From an uncultured virus (IMG/VR IMGVR_UViG_649633094_000002) (Duplodnaviria; Heunggongvirae; Uroviricota; Caudoviricetes), in the IMG/VR virus record IMGVR_UViG_649633094_000002: a DNA stretch of 32,869 nt. The stretch is one strand, 5' to 3'. The notes beneath the pieces were generated by a model. The model worked only from the letters and a program-made list of their open reading frames with translations, was not told where the DNA came from and did no database searches. Each line of letters starts with the position of its first letter. Position 1 is the stretch's first letter. Below, in pieces: positions 1 to 10,300 of this stretch. Made by a program: the position numbers and the translations under genes.

Positions 1-60
1 GCGGCGTCCTATGTATATAGGAGAACGCTTGTAACATTTCTAAGATATGTTCAGGAGTGG

Positions 61-648
61 ATGAACATAGCCGTGTATCCCGGCTTAATGGGGCAGGAGC
101 ACAGACCCTCTGCCGGGGAGGAAGCCGTAATGGTTATAGTTACAAGGTCTATTTTACCGGAAATGGTATCGGATTATTTAGAGGGAAAAAGTTCCTCACA
201 GGGCTACACTATATATCAGATGTCCGACGAAGATGTTTTAAGCATTCGTGAAGAGTTTACAGGGAAAGAAGCTACGATCAATGAAGATGATCTGATAGCC
301 ATCGGCTCCGACGCATTTCATGTCATTGACTACGAAAGCGTCCTCCCTGTCAAAGTAACCGACCGCAAAGGATTTCTATTCTTCTGCGAAGATAGTGAGG
401 GAGAAGACTATGTTGTACCTTTCCACCGGCTCTTCCGAACCGAGGAAGAAGCTGACAGACTGGTTGCGGAAAGGAATGAACGCCGTAATAGTGCGATTGA
501 ACAATATCATCTTCTTGATTTTACCGATGATAAGAAATTACAGCATGATCGGAAAATAGCGCTTGAATGGCTGCATTATAACCATGATATACCCGAGTTG
601 CTGGCTTATAGGCTCAACAAAGGTATTAAACTGACAACAGCCGTATAA
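61..648 (+). CDS. Hypothetical acidic protein (195 aa)
   Basis: Long ORF with an AGGAG RBS at 53-57 just before the ATG; no recognisable motif. Confidence 0.7.
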   Translation: MNIAVYPGLMGQEHRPSAGEEAVMVIVTRSILPEMVSDYLEGKSSSQGYTIYQMSDEDVLSIREEFTGKEATINEDDLIAIGSDAFHVIDYESVLPVKVTDRKGFLFFCEDSEGEDYVVPFHRLFRTEEEADRLVAERNERRNSAIEQYHLLDFTDDKKLQHDRKIALEWLHYNHDIPELLAYRLNKGIKLTTAV

Positions 649-761
649 GAATAAGAACCGACATCTGAGTTCACTGATTAGGCTTGATTATATATTGGAT
701 GCCGGTGACTACGTTCCAAATGGTCTGAAAAGCGGATATAAAGCCTGCTTCTAAAATGGAC

Positions 762-790
762 TTGCATTATGAGATAAACTATGGTATAAT
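762..790 (+). promoter_or_regulatory. Sigma70/SigA-type promoter for the 833-1195 gene
   Basis: TTGCAT (762-767), 17-bp spacer, TGn-extended TATAAT (785-790). Confidence 0.7.
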
Positions 791-832
791 CTATATAACG
801 GTTGTTACTATAAAAACGAGGAGACTTCATCA

Positions 833-1195
833 ATGGACGACAGCAATAATATTGGAATCAGAATCGTAACGCTATTTGATATACTTGTATCAATATTTGT
901 CGGAATAAAGTGCATACCCTCCGGCGTTCATATCCTGCTGAGAATACTCATTATTTTCGCCATATTCTTTGCAGCTTTCTTTATAATGAACATAAAAAAG
1001 TTCGGCATCGGCTTGATTGCCATTGTCGCCCTAAGCTTATTGTTCACATGGGTCGCAAACGGGATCATTATTGCACCTAAAGTGGAAGATACGGTATGGA
1101 AATGGGTACTAAGAGCCTGCGCTTTTCTGATCTGCTTTCTCGGACACATTAAGCTTACTGTTTGGGACGAGGAGATCAAGGACAGATTTTTTTGA
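833..1195 (+). CDS. Small integral membrane protein with about 4 hydrophobic segments
   Basis: GAGGAG RBS and a consensus promoter upstream; alternating hydrophobic stretches in the translation. Confidence 0.8.
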   Translation: MDDSNNIGIRIVTLFDILVSIFVGIKCIPSGVHILLRILIIFAIFFAAFFIMNIKKFGIGLIAIVALSLLFTWVANGIIIAPKVEDTVWKWVLRACAFLICFLGHIKLTVWDEEIKDRFF

Positions 1196-1199
1196 TTAA

Positions 1200-1241
1200 A
1201 AAACCTGCCTCAGCATCTGCGATGATGTTGGGATAGGTTTT
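1200..1241 (+). terminator. Probable intrinsic terminator
   Basis: Imperfect hairpin AAAACCTGCCTCAGCATC...GATGTTGGGATAGGTTTT immediately after the stop codon. Confidence 0.5.
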
Positions 1242-1360
1242 CCTTTCGTTTACTATATATACCAACATAATGGAGATAAATGTGGCTTATATTATTTTGC
1301 CATGATAATCACATCATGGCATTATGTTTGTTGGCAAGCTCCTTTGTCAATGAACTTCCA

Positions 1361-2776
1361 ATGGCAAATTCATATTATGATAGTTTGCATTATGAGAAGT
1401 TCCCCGATGGTTCGGTGAAGTGCATCGAAGATGAGATACCGTTTGAGCTGCCGGAGGGGTGGCGTTGGGATAGGCTTGGTAATGTATCAATCATTGCAAG
1501 AGGTGGTTCACCACGTCCAATAGAATCGTATATAACAGACGATGAAAACGGTATAAATTGGATTAAAATCGGTGATACAGAAAAGGACGGAAAATATATA
1601 TTTAAGACGAAAGAAAAAATAAAACCTGAAGGATTATCCAAATCACGTTATGTTGAATCAGGCGATTTTCTTCTTACTAACTCCATGAGTTTTGGCAGAC
1701 CATATATATTGAGAACTGATGGCTGTATTCATGACGGTTGGCTTGTAATCGGAAATATAGATACCGTATTTAATCAGGATTTCCTCTACTATGCACTTAG
1801 TTCGGATTTTATGTATCAAACTCTATCGTTGTTAGCAGCAGGATCTACCGTGAAAAATTTGAAATCTGATACTGTTAAATCGGTTCTATTCCCTATACCA
1901 CCTATGCGGGAACAAAAACGGATAGCAGAAAAACTTGATTCTTTAATATCATTCGTTATCAAAATAGAATCTGACAAAACAGACCTCCAAACCACCATAC
2001 AGCTCACTAAATCAAAAATCCTCGACCTCGCTATCAGAGGCAAGCTCGTTCCGCAGAATCCTGATGATGAGCCTGCAAGCGTTCTCCTTGAACGTATCAG
2101 AGCTGAGAAAGAGGAGCTTATCAAACAGGGCAAGATTAAGCGTGATAAGAAGGAATCCGTTATCTTCCGAGGTGATGATAACTCTTATTATGAAACTATC
2201 GGAAGTGAAACCACCAATATTGATGATAAGATACCGTTTGATTTGCCTGATGGTTGGTCATTTGAAAGATTGTGTAATATAGCATCATTTTCAGGAGGTA
2301 AAACTCCATCAACCTCAAAAGATGAATACTGGGGTAATGATTATTTTTGGATCACTTCAAAAGATATGAAAAGTAAGTATATTGATTCTTCTCAAATCAG
2401 TTTAAGTGAAAAAGGCGCAGAAATAATGCAGATAATAGCCCCCGATACGCTTTTGTTAGTTGCAAGAAGCGGTATCTTACGTCACACTCTCCCTGTTGCT
2501 ATTCTAAAAAGACAGGCTACTATCAATCAAGACATTAAAGCAATTTCAATATATAATACCTCTCTTGTTGAGTTTATATACACCTTCTTAAAGGGTATGG
2601 AAAACTCTATACTGCTGAGATACACTAAATCAGGCACAACTGTTGAGAATATCAATTTTGATGAATTTAAGAGTATTGTCATTCCTATACCACCATTAAA
2701 CGAACAAAAAAGAATAGCCGACAAAGTTAGTCAGCTATTCTCCCTGCTTGATTCCATAGCGGAAAATGTGAATTGA
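1361..2776 (+). CDS. hsdS: Silent hsdS cassette with two TRDs and the central conserved region, lacking the N-terminal conserved region
   Basis: LHYEKFPDGSVKCIEDEIPFELPEGW matches the start of TRD1 in the full hsdS. The central KSKILDLAIRGKLVPQNPDDEPASVLL is shared with it, and IPP..EQ.RI motifs close both TRDs. It is inverted relative to the operon. The ORF extends up to 1280, but that extension shows no homology. Confidence 0.88.
   Translation: MANSYYDSLHYEKFPDGSVKCIEDEIPFELPEGWRWDRLGNVSIIARGGSPRPIESYITDDENGINWIKIGDTEKDGKYIFKTKEKIKPEGLSKSRYVESGDFLLTNSMSFGRPYILRTDGCIHDGWLVIGNIDTVFNQDFLYYALSSDFMYQTLSLLAAGSTVKNLKSDTVKSVLFPIPPMREQKRIAEKLDSLISFVIKIESDKTDLQTTIQLTKSKILDLAIRGKLVPQNPDDEPASVLLERIRAEKEELIKQGKIKRDKKESVIFRGDDNSYYETIGSETTNIDDKIPFDLPDGWSFERLCNIASFSGGKTPSTSKDEYWGNDYFWITSKDMKSKYIDSSQISLSEKGAEIMQIIAPDTLLLVARSGILRHTLPVAILKRQATINQDIKAISIYNTSLVEFIYTFLKGMENSILLRYTKSGTTVENINFDEFKSIVIPIPPLNEQKRIADKVSQLFSLLDSIAENVN
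1384..1399 (+). repeat. Shufflon inverted repeat type A (partner at 5682-5697 on the minus strand)
   Basis: TTTGCATTATGAGAAG is an exact 16-bp reverse complement of 5682-5697. Imperfect similarity continues to about 1440 / 5641. Confidence 0.85.
1964..2193 (+). repeat. Long imperfect inverted repeat covering the hsdS central conserved region (partner at about 4888-5117)
   Basis: Both copies encode near-identical IESDKTDLQTTIQLTKSKILDL...GDDNSYYE and end in the CTCTTATTATGA core. Confidence 0.85.
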
Positions 2777-2782
2777 TATATC

Positions 2783-2806
2783 AGCCGTTCTCAGCCGAGG
2801 ACGGCT
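2783..2806. terminator. Hairpin between the convergent hsdS cassette and recombinase genes
   Basis: AGCCGTTCTC-agcc-GAGGACGGCT stem with G-U pairing, located between the two stop codons. Confidence 0.55.
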
Positions 2807-2812
2807 ATTTAA

Positions 2813-3619
2813 TCACCATGTAACGATCTTATCCACGATAGCCTGCTGTTCGCTTGCGGTCTTACGCAGATAGATACGGGTAGTTTCAATGCTCTCATGC
2901 CCCATAAGATCGGCAAGCAGAGCGATGTCATTATACTTCTCCAAAAAGTTCTTTGCATAACGGTGACGGAAAGAGTGCGGATACACTACCTTTTTATCAA
3001 GCCCGTACTTTTCGGCGTAGTTTTTGAGCTGTTGAGATATGCCCCTTGCTGTAATACGCTCACCAAAGCGATTAAGAAACAGGTAGCCAGATGTACGCTC
3101 CTGAGTTTTGAGCCATTCAAGTGTTTCATTGCGGAGCTTCTTCGGAATATACAGCCTGCGGAGCTTACCACCCTTAGAATAGAGATCAAAATAGCCCGTT
3201 TCAACGTGTTCAATCTTAATGCGAATCAGCTCACTCACTCTCGCACCCGTAGCACAAAGATACCATACAACGAAGTACCATTCCATAATGCCGTCCTTTT
3301 TGAGCGACTTTTTCAAAAATTTGTAGTCTGCATTGCTGATTACATTTTCAAGGAAGTTCTTCTGCTGCACCTTGACTGCCTTGATGCGAAGCGACTCCTT
3401 ACCGAGATACACAAGATACTTGTTCATAGCCTGAATACGGAGATTTACGGTCTTAGGCTTGAAATTCTCCATAAGATAGCCCTTGTAGGCAAGCAGGTTC
3501 TCCTTAGTGATACCATCATAGTGTTCCTCGAAATACTTTACCGTCCAGAGATAGACCTCTATCGTGTTTGCCGAGAGATTGGTCTTTTTCAGGAACGCTT
3601 CAAATGTGCTGTCTGTCAT
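2813..3619 (-). CDS. Tyrosine recombinase (probable invertase of the hsdS shufflon)
   Basis: Catalytic motifs TGARVSEL, HSFRH and LMGHESIETTRIY; AAGGAG RBS; located between the hsdS cassettes. Confidence 0.93.
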   Translation of the reverse strand: MTDSTFEAFLKKTNLSANTIEVYLWTVKYFEEHYDGITKENLLAYKGYLMENFKPKTVNLRIQAMNKYLVYLGKESLRIKAVKVQQKNFLENVISNADYKFLKKSLKKDGIMEWYFVVWYLCATGARVSELIRIKIEHVETGYFDLYSKGGKLRRLYIPKKLRNETLEWLKTQERTSGYLFLNRFGERITARGISQQLKNYAEKYGLDKKVVYPHSFRHRYAKNFLEKYNDIALLADLMGHESIETTRIYLRKTASEQQAIVDKIVTW

Positions 3620-3693
3620 TTACTTCTACTCCTTTTTATACTGAATTTGGTGCGAAATTCCTTGTATAATCATTATACCAAAAGAGTAGAAGT

Positions 3694-3741
3694 CTCTTAT
3701 TATGAGAAGATCGGTGATACCGTCACTTGTATTGACGAGGA
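3694..3741 (+). repeat. Shufflon inverted repeat type B (partner at 4852-4899)
   Basis: 48-bp exact reverse complement: CTCTTATTATGAGAAGATCGGTGATACCGTCACTTGTATTGACGAGGA. Confidence 0.9.
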
Positions 3742-4291
3742 ACTGCCGTTTGATATTCCCGAAAATTGGGCGTGGATACGACTTTCAAGTGCTTGCATTA
3801 TCAATCCAAAGAACAATATAAGCGATGATACTCTTGTATCTTTTGTGCCTATGACGCTGATTCAGGACGGATATGCCAATCAGTTTACGTTTGAGCAGAG
3901 GAAATGGGGCGAGGTTAAAAAAGGTTTTACCCATTTTGCTGAAAATGACGTAGGCTTCGCCAAAATAACACCTTGCTTTGAAAACCGCAAATCTGTTGTA
4001 TTCCGTGGTTTGTGCAATGGATACGGTGCAGGAACAACGGAACTATATATTCTGAGAACATTTCCTGATACTATTATGCCTGAATACATACTATATATCG
4101 TAAAGACGGAGAGTTTCTTGGTAGGTGGTAAACAAACCTGTGCAGGCGTTGTAGGTCAACAACGAATAAGCAAGGACTATGTTTGCGATTACTTAGTCCC
4201 TGTACCTCCGCTGAATGAACAGGTACGAATAATAAATAAATGCACCGAGATCATGACAATGCTTCATAATATAGAAAAGAGCCTCAGCTGA
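3695..4291 (+). pseudogene. hsdS: Silent single-TRD hsdS cassette (alternative TRD2), with no start codon of its own
   Basis: SYYEKIGDTVTCIDEELPF is identical to the start of TRD2 in the full hsdS. It ends in VPPLNEQVRI...NIEKSLS, like the full gene. Confidence 0.87.
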
Positions 4292-4307
4292 GGCTCTTTT
4301 CTATATT
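4268..4307. repeat. Perfect 40-bp palindrome at the tail-to-tail hsdS junction
   Basis: AATATAGAAAAGAGCCTCAG|CTGAGGCTCTTTTCTATATT; both strands encode NIEKSLS-stop. Confidence 0.95.
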
Positions 4308-5894
4308 GGTCATGATTTCAAATGCTGCTGTGATAATCTCAATGATACGTTCCTGTTCTGCATAAGGCGGTAGAGCCACTATCAGGTTCTTCAATGTCAA
4401 TGGCTTTAACTCCTTTTGATTGGTTGAGCCTTCACCGAGCTTTTCAAGTTCATGCTGATGTGCTTTCAAAAAATGGTAAATATATTCTGCACTTATTTCA
4501 TTATTAGTTCTTATAACAGTAACGTGAGAATCAGGCACGACAGGCATTTCACGTCTATTATCGGTTCTTCTATATATGCCGACTCTACCGAGAGTTCCTG
4601 TGCCTGTTGAGTTTATTACTGTATCCTTATCCTGCATATATTCATCATCAGGATACTTTACAAGCGTGGATTCATCAAGATACAGAGCTAAGTCCATATT
4701 GATACCGTCATATTTGGTATTACATTTTTGAGCGAACACAAGCGTACCACTGCTTTCGGTGTATTTAGGAGATTTTCCACGCTTTATTTCCTTTTGACAG
4801 CACGTTTGAAGCCGTACCCACGCCCACCCGTCGGGCAGTTCAAACGGCAACTCCTCGTCAATACAAGTGACGGTATCACCGATCTTCTCATAATAAGAGT
4901 TATCATCACCTTTGAAGATGACAGATTCCTTCTTATCACGTTTGATTTTGCCCTGTTTGATAAGCTCCTCTTTCTCAGCTCTGATACGGTCAAGGAGAAC
5001 ACTCGCAGGCTCATCATCAGGATTCTGCGGTACGAGCTTGCCCCTGATAGCGAGGTCAAGGATTTTAGATTTGGTGAGCTGTATGGTGGTTTGTAGGTCT
5101 GTTTTGTCGGATTCTATATTATCCGCAAAAGAAAGTAGTTGCTCTAATTTAGCTGCTATTCGATTTTGCTCGTTAATGGGAGCAACAGGAATCAAGGTTG
5201 TGCGAATGTGTTCCAAATGAAGATTAGGAACGCCAATCCCTTTAAGCGAAGAATTGAAATAGTTTTGTATGGTTGAACTTGCTATTGTTGATAGCAAGTA
5301 TTCAGGAGAGATTATATACCCTATGATTCTAAGTAAAGCCAAACTTACATAGATGTCAAATACACAATCCCTATTAACTATTGCAGCAACACCCGTTGTT
5401 CCGTTTTTAGCAAGAAGAATGTCATTCTTTTGTGGTGCTAATCTTGCATACAGTTCATTATGGAGGGATTCAGGAATATACATTATATTGTCCCAATCAA
5501 TATGTCCAGATGTGACATTTTTTGAAGATAAGAATATGAAGCCCTCATCGCTGTATGTTGGAGTTTTATGAGTGCCGTCGGTAATTGGTTCACATATAGA
5601 CTGTAATCTTGCCCATTCCCACCCCTCCGGCAGATCATAGGGTATCTCATCTTCAATGCACTTTACCGTGCCGTCGGGCATCTTCTCATAATGCAAATTA
5701 TCATCACCGAGGAATATAACAGTATCGTTCTTTATATCCTTAGCTTTCAGCTTGCCGTCCTTGACCATCTGCTGTTTTTCGGCTCTGATACGCTCCAACA
5801 GCACAGAAGCAGGCTCATCGTTCGGATCTTGCGGAACGAGCTTGCCCCTGATCGCAAGGTCAAGGATTTTCTGTCTTAATGCTTTTGTATCCAT
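4284..5894 (-). CDS. hsdS: Type I R-M specificity subunit (full-length copy in the expression position)
   Basis: N-terminal conserved block MDTKALRQKILDLAIRGKLVPQDPNDEPASVLL, two TRDs and a repeated conserved region. Its start overlaps the hsdM stop (TAATG). Confidence 0.95.
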   Translation of the reverse strand: MDTKALRQKILDLAIRGKLVPQDPNDEPASVLLERIRAEKQQMVKDGKLKAKDIKNDTVIFLGDDNLHYEKMPDGTVKCIEDEIPYDLPEGWEWARLQSICEPITDGTHKTPTYSDEGFIFLSSKNVTSGHIDWDNIMYIPESLHNELYARLAPQKNDILLAKNGTTGVAAIVNRDCVFDIYVSLALLRIIGYIISPEYLLSTIASSTIQNYFNSSLKGIGVPNLHLEHIRTTLIPVAPINEQNRIAAKLEQLLSFADNIESDKTDLQTTIQLTKSKILDLAIRGKLVPQNPDDEPASVLLDRIRAEKEELIKQGKIKRDKKESVIFKGDDNSYYEKIGDTVTCIDEELPFELPDGWAWVRLQTCCQKEIKRGKSPKYTESSGTLVFAQKCNTKYDGINMDLALYLDESTLVKYPDDEYMQDKDTVINSTGTGTLGRVGIYRRTDNRREMPVVPDSHVTVIRTNNEISAEYIYHFLKAHQHELEKLGEGSTNQKELKPLTLKNLIVALPPYAEQERIIEIITAAFEIMTNIEKSLS

Positions 5895-7324
5895 TATTCA
5901 TCTACCTCGCCGATAAGACTTTCAAGCTGAGCTACGGCACTTGCGATATTCTCCGATTTTGTCTTTATCGTTTCAAGAAGCTCAGTCAGCGTATAATCAT
6001 CGCTTGTATTCGCTGACTTAATCCAGCTTATATCAAGGCTTGTCTTATCTCGCTCTAAAATATCCTCATATGAGTATCTGCGCCATCTGCCGTTCGGATT
6101 CTCCTCACTCCATGTTTCCTGTCTTGCGGAAATATCCTCAGCATGATAGCACTCTACAAATTCATCAAAGTGACTTTCTTTCAGTGGATTGGTCTTGCCG
6201 AAGGACGGCATTTCGGAACGGAGATCGTATATCCATACTTCCTTAGTGTTGCCCTTATCCGCAGTACCCCTTGTGAAGAAAAGCACATTGGTCTTTACAC
6301 CCTGGGCATAGAAAATACCCGTAGGCAGACGCAGGATCGTATGCAGATTGCATTTTTTCATAAGGTCACGGCGTATCTTTTCACCGTCACCGTCAGCAAA
6401 AAGCACGTTATCAGGCAGAACAACGGCAGCACGAGCATGACCTGACTGATTCAGGCTTCTGTAAATATGCTGTAAGAAATTGAGCTGTTTATTGCTTGTG
6501 GGGAAAGTAAGGTCATCACGGGTAGCACGTTCACCGCCTTTTTTCGTGCCAAACGGCGGATTCGTCAGTACAACGTCAAAACCTTTCATCTGCTTGCCGT
6601 AATTGGAAAGCGTATCACCGAGATAGATCGGACCGCTAATGTCGTGAAGCATAGCGTTCATAAGGGCAAGCCTATGGGTATCATGAACAAGCTCACAGCC
6701 CGAAAATGCTTGTGTACGCTGAAATTCCTGCTCATCAACCGACAAATCGAACAGATCGTCGGTCTGTTCCTTAACGTAGTGATCGGCAGCAATCATAAAT
6801 CCGAAAGTACCGCAGGCAGGATCGTTACAGCGTTCTCCCGCCTTCGGAGCAATCAGCCTTGTCATAACATTGATAAGAACACGGGGCGTGAAATACTGTC
6901 CTGCACCGGACTTCTTTTCGGTAGCATTCTTCTCTAACAGTCCTTCATAAAGGTTGCCCAAGCCTTCTTCCTTTGCACTGTACCAGTCAAACTGGTCAAT
7001 AGTGGTGATGATTTTTTCAAGATTCTTAGGCTCGTCAATGTTAGTCTGTGCGCCTTGATAAATCTCACGCACACGACCTTGACAGTTCTCTCCGAGGTGT
7101 TCCAAAAGCTCTTTATAGAACTTCTTCAACTCAATACCTTGCTTTGAAAGCAGCTTATCCCAACGATATTCTTCGGGAATAGCCTTTTCGGTATCGGTTT
7201 CCTTGCACATCTTCAAAAACAGTATATAGGTAAGCTCCGTAACATACTGCTGATAGGTGATACCGTCATCACGCAGTACGTTACACAGATTCCAGAGCTT
7301 TGCGACAATTTCCTGATTATTCAA
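5894..7324 (-). CDS. hsdM: Type I R-M N6-adenine methyltransferase subunit
   Basis: GQYFTPR, motif I DPACGTFG and motif IV NPPF. Its TTG start overlaps the hsdR stop. Confidence 0.96.
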   Translation of the reverse strand: MNNQEIVAKLWNLCNVLRDDGITYQQYVTELTYILFLKMCKETDTEKAIPEEYRWDKLLSKQGIELKKFYKELLEHLGENCQGRVREIYQGAQTNIDEPKNLEKIITTIDQFDWYSAKEEGLGNLYEGLLEKNATEKKSGAGQYFTPRVLINVMTRLIAPKAGERCNDPACGTFGFMIAADHYVKEQTDDLFDLSVDEQEFQRTQAFSGCELVHDTHRLALMNAMLHDISGPIYLGDTLSNYGKQMKGFDVVLTNPPFGTKKGGERATRDDLTFPTSNKQLNFLQHIYRSLNQSGHARAAVVLPDNVLFADGDGEKIRRDLMKKCNLHTILRLPTGIFYAQGVKTNVLFFTRGTADKGNTKEVWIYDLRSEMPSFGKTNPLKESHFDEFVECYHAEDISARQETWSEENPNGRWRRYSYEDILERDKTSLDISWIKSANTSDDYTLTELLETIKTKSENIASAVAQLESLIGEVDE

Positions 7325-10300
7325 GCTACGATTCCTCCATCGTCATATAAGTATTGGTTCAGTTCCATAATAACCTCATGGAGCTGTCCCTCAAATCGGC
7401 GGTCAATGCCTTTGAATCCGCCATTATTCTTGAAAGCACCCTGTTCAAACATCTGCTCATCAAGCACAGCTTCTTCAAGCATGACCTTCTCTATACGTTT
7501 CAGCCAGTCAAGCTGAACCTTGTTAAACTTGTGGTTCTGTCTCAGCTTTGCAAAGGCATTTTTTACCCTTGTTTCATGACTTATCAGCGCCGAGCCAATA
7601 GCCTGCTGCCGAACAAATGCGATAATATCCGCAACAATATCTTCGTTTGTCATTTCATTCCAAGCTGTATTAAGCTGTTTTTCCGTGAAATCATGACGGT
7701 CAAGCTCCATTTTCAGCTCTTTGAGAGTAGCCCTTGTCAACTCAGAGGGGCGAGTGCATACGATTTTGAGTGCATTTATTTCATTAAGGTTCTCCACAAC
7801 AAATTTTCTGAATGCTTCAATATAGTCTTCGGGTTTGCTTGCCTTGCCGTAACCTCTTTCATGTGATACGACCTCATCATCATGATCGTCTATTACAACT
7901 GGACGCTTTCTATGTGTTCTGTCTTTATCAAGCACAGCAAATGCCTCCGAGCATTCCAAAGCTCTCTTTGTGGAGTCGGCAACTTTGCCGTCATTCAGCT
8001 CTTTTGCAAAAGCATTAAGGTCTTTACCGCCTGTCAGGTATATAAATTGCTCAAGAGCTTTTGCACTGATCTTACGGCTTTTCCTTTGCAGTTTGGCAAT
8101 AATCAAACTGAGCTGATATGCCTGTTTGTCCTTCTCAACAACTCTCAAACCGTTAAGTAAGTCCTCAAAGGTAGTCTGGGGATTTGGTGTAACAGGCTTC
8201 ATATTGCTTACAGGCTCTAAGGTTTCATAGACACCTACGGGATCATAGATCTCGAAGTGGTCTTTGTCTATCTTACTGCACAATCTCGTAGCTCTGCCGA
8301 GCATCTGCTCAAACAGGATACGGGACTTGATACGACGCATAAATACAAGATTGACGATCTCAGGCACATCAATACCTGTTGTCAGCAGGTCAACAGTAAC
8401 AACAACCTTTGGATAGGCTTCATTCTTAAACTGCCGTATCGCTTCAAGTATCTTCTTTTTATTGCCACCCTCTATGCTTCCGGTGATTTTCTTGACTACA
8501 TCGTTATCAATACCGTATTTCGAGTAAATATCTTTCAGTATCTTTACGATAAGGTCAGCATGATCGTCATCGACCGCATAGATAAGCGTTTTGCCCTCAC
8601 CGTCAGGATTGAAGTCCATAGCGATTTCATTAAACACGGCTAAATTGAACTTCTCAGTAATTACGTCCTTATTGAATTTGTCTATTTCAAACTTCATATC
8701 GTCCTCAAGCTCATCGCTGTTGAGGACTTCGCCCGTGTTCGGATCGTAGATTGCGAGCGTTTCACCCTTTTTGTATTCAATGCCGTTATCACGGAGCTTA
8801 GTGTGAATATCATGCGGAGCATCGTGATCGACAAGATAACCGTCAATGACAGCTTCTCTGTAAGAGTATGTAAACACGGGCTTTCCGAAAATCTCTGTTG
8901 TATGCAGAGCAGGAGTAGCCGTGAGAGCAACCTTGACAGCATCGAAATACTCTATAACAGTACGATATTTGCTGATATAATCTTCCTGATTACGATACAG
9001 CATTTCATCATCGCTCAATTCTTTGTCGAGCGTATAACCTCTATGCGCTTCATCAACAACAATCAGGTCATAGTCAGAAACAGAGGGCATTGTGCCATCT
9101 TCGTTGTATATCAGGCGTTTTACAAGGCTCTGGACAGTAGCTATATGTATCTTTGTTTCCTTATCAATCTCTTTTTCGTCAAGACCTTTGATATTATATA
9201 TCTCGTCGAGAGTCATTAAATCCTCTATCTTGACTTCCTTGAATACATCGGCTGCCTGTTCACCGAGCGCAGTTCTGTCCACAAGGAACAGAATACGTCT
9301 GAAACGGTTGCTCTTGATAAAGCGGTATATCATTCCGAGGATTGTTCTGGTCTTACCGGTTCCCGTAGCCATAGACAGCAACGCTGTTTTCTTACCATCA
9401 ATGATAGCATTCTCAGCAGCTTCAATAGCTCTTATCTGATATTCACGCAGATTCAGTCCATCTGGATCACGCAGTAAATCGTATGGGGTATTCTGCAACG
9501 TCTGATTAGCAGAAGCAATATCCTTATCGAGCATTTCCATAAGACCGTCAGGGCTAAACCAACCTTGCAGAGCCTTTGGAGTATTCGCACCGTCACGCAG
9601 ATCAAGAAACCATATTCCGGATTTCAGCTCTATCTGTTTCAGATACTTTCTGCCATTAGTAGCAAACACAAACGGAACTTTATAGCCGTTCCAATCTTTG
9701 ATAACATAATCGCTATGCTCCGATTTTATCATACGGGCATAGTCTTTGCACTGATAGTCTATTACAGACGGAATATCTATACTTGCTTTCTTTGCTTCAA
9801 TAATAGCAACAAGTTTAAGCCCCACAAAGAGAGCATAGTCCGCATAACCACCCTTAGTTACCGTAGAATCAGTCGGAAACTCAGCGATAGCAAGGTTACG
9901 TCCCTTTTGTGGTCTGGTTCCCTTAGAATAGCGAAGATTGTTTGTATCAACCTCCCAGCCGTACTTTCTGAGCTGATCATCAATGATAATGCGTGTTTCA
10001 GCTTCTGAAAGTTCCATTGCTTCTGTAACTTCTGCTGACTTGTCGGCTCTTTCTTTTGAAGTTGATCCGTCGGTAGCTGTTACAACAGGTTCAGCCTTAG
10101 CAGCTTTCGCAAGCTGTTCCTCTAAGCCTTTGATTATGCTTTCATAGTCAGGGATAGGCTCATTCTGGGGCATAACAAAATCAGGTGCTTTGAAGCTGTA
10201 ATCACCATACACCTCCATAAACCACACAGCAAGCCTGAATGCCATTCTGAGCAAAGATTTAGCGGTATCAACCGAATCCTCATACTTATGAACAGCGTCA

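Noticed and set aside
1280..1360. N-terminal extension of the silent hsdS ORF
   Set aside because: It does not resemble the N-terminal conserved region of the full hsdS and is probably incidental open frame.
2897..4291. 464-aa ORF on the + strand
   Set aside because: The first ~266 codons are the antisense shadow of the tyrosine recombinase plus intergenic DNA. Only 3695-4291 is hsdS-like, and it is reported as a silent cassette.
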